NCBI GenBank assembly: GCA_965203875.1
Contig: OZ241914.1
Location: forward strand, 553,145-617,144
Source of the DNA: Bdellovibrionales bacterium
Lineage (GTDB): Bacteria > Bdellovibrionota > Bdellovibrionia > Bdellovibrionales > JAUICD01
Direction of reading: 5' to 3'
Length of the DNA: 64,000 bases
Part shown: positions 61,745 to 64,000 of the stretch, in pieces
How the letters are laid out: the number at the start of each line of letters is the position of its first letter
Position numbering within the stretch: the stretch's first letter is position 1
Notes under the pieces: model-generated
The model's database searches: none
Told to the model about the DNA's origin: nothing
Seen by the model: only the letters and a program-made list of their open reading frames with translations
Program-made: the position numbers and the translations under genes

Positions 61745-62542
61745 CTACTTATCTGGAGTTAGCCCTTCACCTTTGGTTATAAGGTTTTTCAGCCATTCCA
61801 GTAAGCTTTCATACCATGGAGGTATGTTTGTTCTAGGTTCTGCTCCGCTTTTTATCAGGTACTTAATATATTTTTTCATTGAGCTTTTGCTACCAGAATC
61901 ATGAAAAAACCTTACACCAAGTTTTTCTTGATAGGTGTGTACAACATCAAAGTTGATATTAAATTCAAAATCTTCATCTTTGAATTGTAAGACCATTGTT
62001 TCTGAACTGTTCAACTTTTTTTGATTGGTATCAAGCCTAGCTCCAGTGAGAGATATGTTCTCTATCGTGCAATCGGTAGTTTCGTTGTTATCAGTTTTTA
62101 TTGTGGCTTGTGTATTAACTTTGTATCTTTGTTTTTGTTCCCACCATCTAACATTTTTATCGTAGTAGACTCTGGATACTGATGGTACAAAAAAGTAAGA
62201 TACGCAGGCTATATTTATGCATGTTATTATAAGGAATATGGCAAAGCTTGCGTTAGTTGGATGTGCGTTGTGTTCTATGATATTGCACAGTACAACTATG
62301 ATCATTATTGATATGAATACGTAGTAACTCCATCTTTTAGTGATGTATATGGCAGCACCTGCTACTGGTAGCAGGATAAATCTTGAAATTACAGCGTAGT
62401 ACGCTCCTGTTTCTGCTAGTTGCTGATGATATTCGTATATGGATAGGCTGAACATATAACTTGATAGCAGATGGTAGAAAATTGGTATTATCAAAGCATG
62501 GATAAATGCCATTATTACTATGGGCCATGGTCTTCTAATCAT
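61745..62542 (-). CDS. Membrane protein with a C-terminal PilZ domain
   Basis: Four N-terminal TMs. The C-terminal QKQRYKV…CTIENISLTGARLDT…MVLQF…FDVVHTYQEKLGVRF fits the PilZ pattern (RxxxR-like … D/NxSxxG). Confidence 0.65.
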   Translation of the reverse strand: MIRRPWPIVIMAFIHALIIPIFYHLLSSYMFSLSIYEYHQQLAETGAYYAVISRFILLPVAGAAIYITKRWSYYVFISIMIIVVLCNIIEHNAHPTNASFAIFLIITCINIACVSYFFVPSVSRVYYDKNVRWWEQKQRYKVNTQATIKTDNNETTDCTIENISLTGARLDTNQKKLNSSETMVLQFKDEDFEFNINFDVVHTYQEKLGVRFFHDSGSKSSMKKYIKYLIKSGAEPRTNIPPWYESLLEWLKNLITKGEGLTPDK

Positions 62543-62895
62543 GCAAACCCTCCCGGTGCTTAGCTATACGCTTATTCTTAGTATCGGTGTGTTTTTTATG
62601 CGTACAACTCTATAGTGTATCAGTATAGAAACTATCTACTCTTGAAACAAGTTTTTAGTGAGATACATAGAGCATTGCATAACCAACCATAGGTTGGTAT
62701 TTCCAGGTCTATTATTTGGGTCAGTGCTAAGGTAGAGTACTATTTTGATACAAATTGGACCTGCCATTTAGTCAGGAAGTTTATTTTATACAACTAATAG
62801 TAGCAGAATTGTGGCAAAATAGTAGTGTTAGGAATTAATATTATATTGTTCTATAGGCTAAGTGAAGAAGAGTTATTGTAAAGGTGAGGAAGTAA

Positions 62896-63267
62896 ATGAA
62901 TAAGCGAAGTTCTGAAGAACTGCTATCATTGGTTAAAAAAAGAAACGATTTATTTGTTAAGTTTAGGAATATTAACGATAGAGAGTTAGATCAGGTCAGA
63001 AGCGGTGACTTTTCAAATTTGAAAGTGTTTTATGATGAAAGATCTGTTTTGTTATCGAGTGTTAGTAAATTAGATTCTAGTATTAGAAGTTTTTCTAAAC
63101 ACCCAGTGGCTAAACCAGTAAAAAATGACGTGCGTGTAAACTTGTTAAATGCGTTGGATAAAAAAGAAGAGTTGGTAAGAGAAATTTTAGAGCAAGATTT
63201 AGAGATTATTCATTTGGTAGATGAGCATCAGCTAAATCTAGAAAACCAACACAGTAAGTCTGCATAA
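62896..63267 (+). CDS. Hypothetical helical protein
   Basis: 123-aa ORF with a strong SD (aaggtgagg) 6 nt upstream of the ATG. Its TAA stop is the first triplet of a solo L-module. Confidence 0.55.
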   Translation: MNKRSSEELLSLVKKRNDLFVKFRNINDRELDQVRSGDFSNLKVFYDERSVLLSSVSKLDSSIRSFSKHPVAKPVKNDVRVNLLNALDKKEELVREILEQDLEIIHLVDEHQLNLENQHSKSA

Positions 63268-63285
63268 GGGTTTTCGATCACATTT
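63265..63285 (+). repeat. Solo L-module of the hairpin-repeat family, on a stop codon
   Basis: TAAGGGTTTTCGATCACATTT versus the array L-module TAAGGGTTTTCAATTTTTGAT (2895-2915). Confidence 0.55.
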
Positions 63286-63297
63286 AAAGATCTAGTT

Positions 63298-63385
63298 TGG
63301 TGCCTCCGGGGAGACTCGAACTCCCAAGGTGATGAACACCGGTGGATTTTGAGTCCACTGCGTCTACCAGTTCCGCCACAGAGGC
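63298..63385 (-). tRNA. tRNA-Leu (anticodon CAA), CCA encoded
   Basis: Reverse complement GCCTCTGTGGCGGAACTGGTAGACGCAGTGGACTCAAAATCCACCGGTGTTCATCACCTTGGGAGTTCGAGTCTCCCCGGAGGCACCA. Acceptor GCCTCTG/CGGAGGC (one G-U pair), anticodon arm GTGGA-CTCAAAA-TCCAC, a long variable arm and T-arm GGGAG-TTCGAGT-CTCCC. Confidence 0.9.
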
Positions 63386-63519
63386 ATTGAGCATTGTTTT
63401 ACTTAACACATAAATATACTTATTAAAAACTTTAGAGCGTTTAACTTCAGCACTACTGCTTTCTGCCATGCTAATCAAGCATTTGATAAGAGAAGATATT
63501 TAATAATTTAATATTTTCA

Positions 63520-63650
63520 TGTTCATCGAAGTTGAACTTACAATGAAGATAGATGTGTGGTTTGTAGAGGCTTTCAAGCTGCCCAAAAGAGCAGCGTACC
63601 CCAGAAAGCCACACACCCATCTTCGTTGTATTGAAAAACAAAGATTAAAA
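63520..63650 (-). repeat. Second class-B long hairpin element
   Basis: It shares with 30793-30869 the core ggctttcaagc-[inner hairpin]-gcgtacc-nnn-gaaagcc and the flank ttgttgtatt[ag]aaaaac. Its outer stem (acaatgaagatagatgtgtgg / ccacacacccatcttcgttgt) and inner hairpin (gctgc…gcagc) have different sequences. Confidence 0.75.
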
Positions 63651-63654
63651 ACTT

Positions 63655-63789
63655 TAGGCCTCAAGAAAATCTTTCGGAATATACCTTGAACGTTGGTGAA
63701 CATTCTATCAAATTCTTGCCTAGTTTAGTTACAAGACCTTCGGTCTTTCCACTACACTAGCAAGCTTTTGATAGAATCAAAGACCCTTA
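63655..63789 (-). repeat. Hairpin-repeat unit (class with ctag…cactac…ctagc hairpin)
   Basis: It is similar to the reverse complement of unit 50784-50906: ggaatataccttgaacgttggtgaacattctatcaaattcttgcctagtttagttacaagaccttcggtctttccactacactagcaagcttttgatagaatcaaagaccctta. Confidence 0.85.
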
Positions 63790-63823
63790 ATCAAAACACC
63801 CCTTGCCCTAAAAAGGGAAGGGG
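63790..63823 (-). terminator. Possible rho-independent terminator for a minus-strand transcript entering from the right
   Basis: GC-rich stem cccctt(g)ccc / gggaagggg (63799-63823) with an A5/T5 loop. On the minus strand it is followed by tgttttgatt. Confidence 0.4.
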
Positions 63824-63852
63824 TAAAGGAGCAACAGTGCCAGAAATCTTTA

Positions 63853-63864
63853 GGGGGGGGGGGG
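63853..63864. repeat. Homopolymeric G12 (C12 on the minus strand) tract
   Basis: Counted directly: tta-gggggggggggg-acg. It lies in an ORF-free region. Confidence 0.95.
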
Positions 63865-64000
63865 ACGATCCCTAGCACGTACTGGCTGATAAAAGATTCA
63901 GCCAATAGAAGTTTAGGTAACGGTCCTAAATTAACAAGTCAAACGCCAAAACTTGAGCAACCAATAGGTATGAACAGATTACACACGACTTACATACTTA

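Noticed and set aside
63284-63478. 64-aa minus-strand ORF
   Set aside because: It overlaps the tRNA-Leu(CAA) gene almost entirely and is a translation of tRNA sequence.
63826-63845. Minus-strand TGGCACTGTTGC resembles sigma-54 -24/-12 elements
   Set aside because: The GG and GC elements are separated by only 2 nt after TGGCAC, whereas the TGGCAC-N5-TTGC consensus needs about 5. The spacing is incompatible.
63861-64000. GGGGACGATCCC… after the G tract looked like a tmRNA 5' end, and …agtcaaacgccaaaactt… is vaguely like the E. coli tag region agtcgcaaacgacgaaaact
   Set aside because: The conserved GGnUUCGAC D-loop-like element is absent. No reading frame gives an Ala-start, hydrophobic-end tag (the frames give KRQNLSNQ* or SNAKT*). 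The 3' tRNA-like half would lie outside the window. This is not supportable.

Overview
AT-rich chromosomal segment from a diderm (Gram-negative-type) bacterium. The lineage cannot be assigned from sequence alone. Sigma-54, a Myxococcus-style ABC-pilD-pilMNOPQ type IV pilus block, a mevalonate operon and several secreted ankyrin-repeat proteins hint at a Bdellovibrio/Oligoflexia/delta-proteobacteria-like, possibly host- or prey-associated organism (inference only). The window holds about 60 protein genes and two tRNA-Leu genes. Core functions: amgK-murU peptidoglycan recycling, pilus assembly, rpmI-rplT fused to an isoprenoid (MVA) operon, plsC, rpoN, mtgA, cyclophilin, tolB, TonB-like protein, tandem trigger-factor genes, lspA-like gene, dacB, hpt, rsmH-ftsL-ftsI, rmuC, lon and phnCDE. 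Accessory-looking content: a metzincin next to Cys-rich and Gly/Ser-rich secreted proteins, a decayed Rpn/YhgA-type nuclease-transposase gene, a DNA methyltransferase fused to an Mrr-like nuclease domain, a solitary PD-(D/E)XK + RAMA protein, Gly/Tyr-rich lipoproteins, paralogous lipoproteins and three secreted ankyrin proteins (one frameshifted). The most unusual signal is non-coding. A very dense family of modular ~125-bp hairpin repeats has about a dozen full units plus several partial or solo modules in 64 kb. Each unit has a conserved left module starting TAA(A)GG, a variable hairpin whose stems co-vary, and a conserved right module ending AACGTTCAAGGTA. The repeats form tandem arrays, sit on or next to the stop codons of co-oriented genes (murU, lspA-like, rsmH, rpoN, ORF 62896), and one copy lies inside a coding sequence. 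I cannot name a described repeat family that matches it. It could be a MITE/REP/BOX-like mobile element, a family of 3'-end RNA structures, or tandem small-RNA genes.
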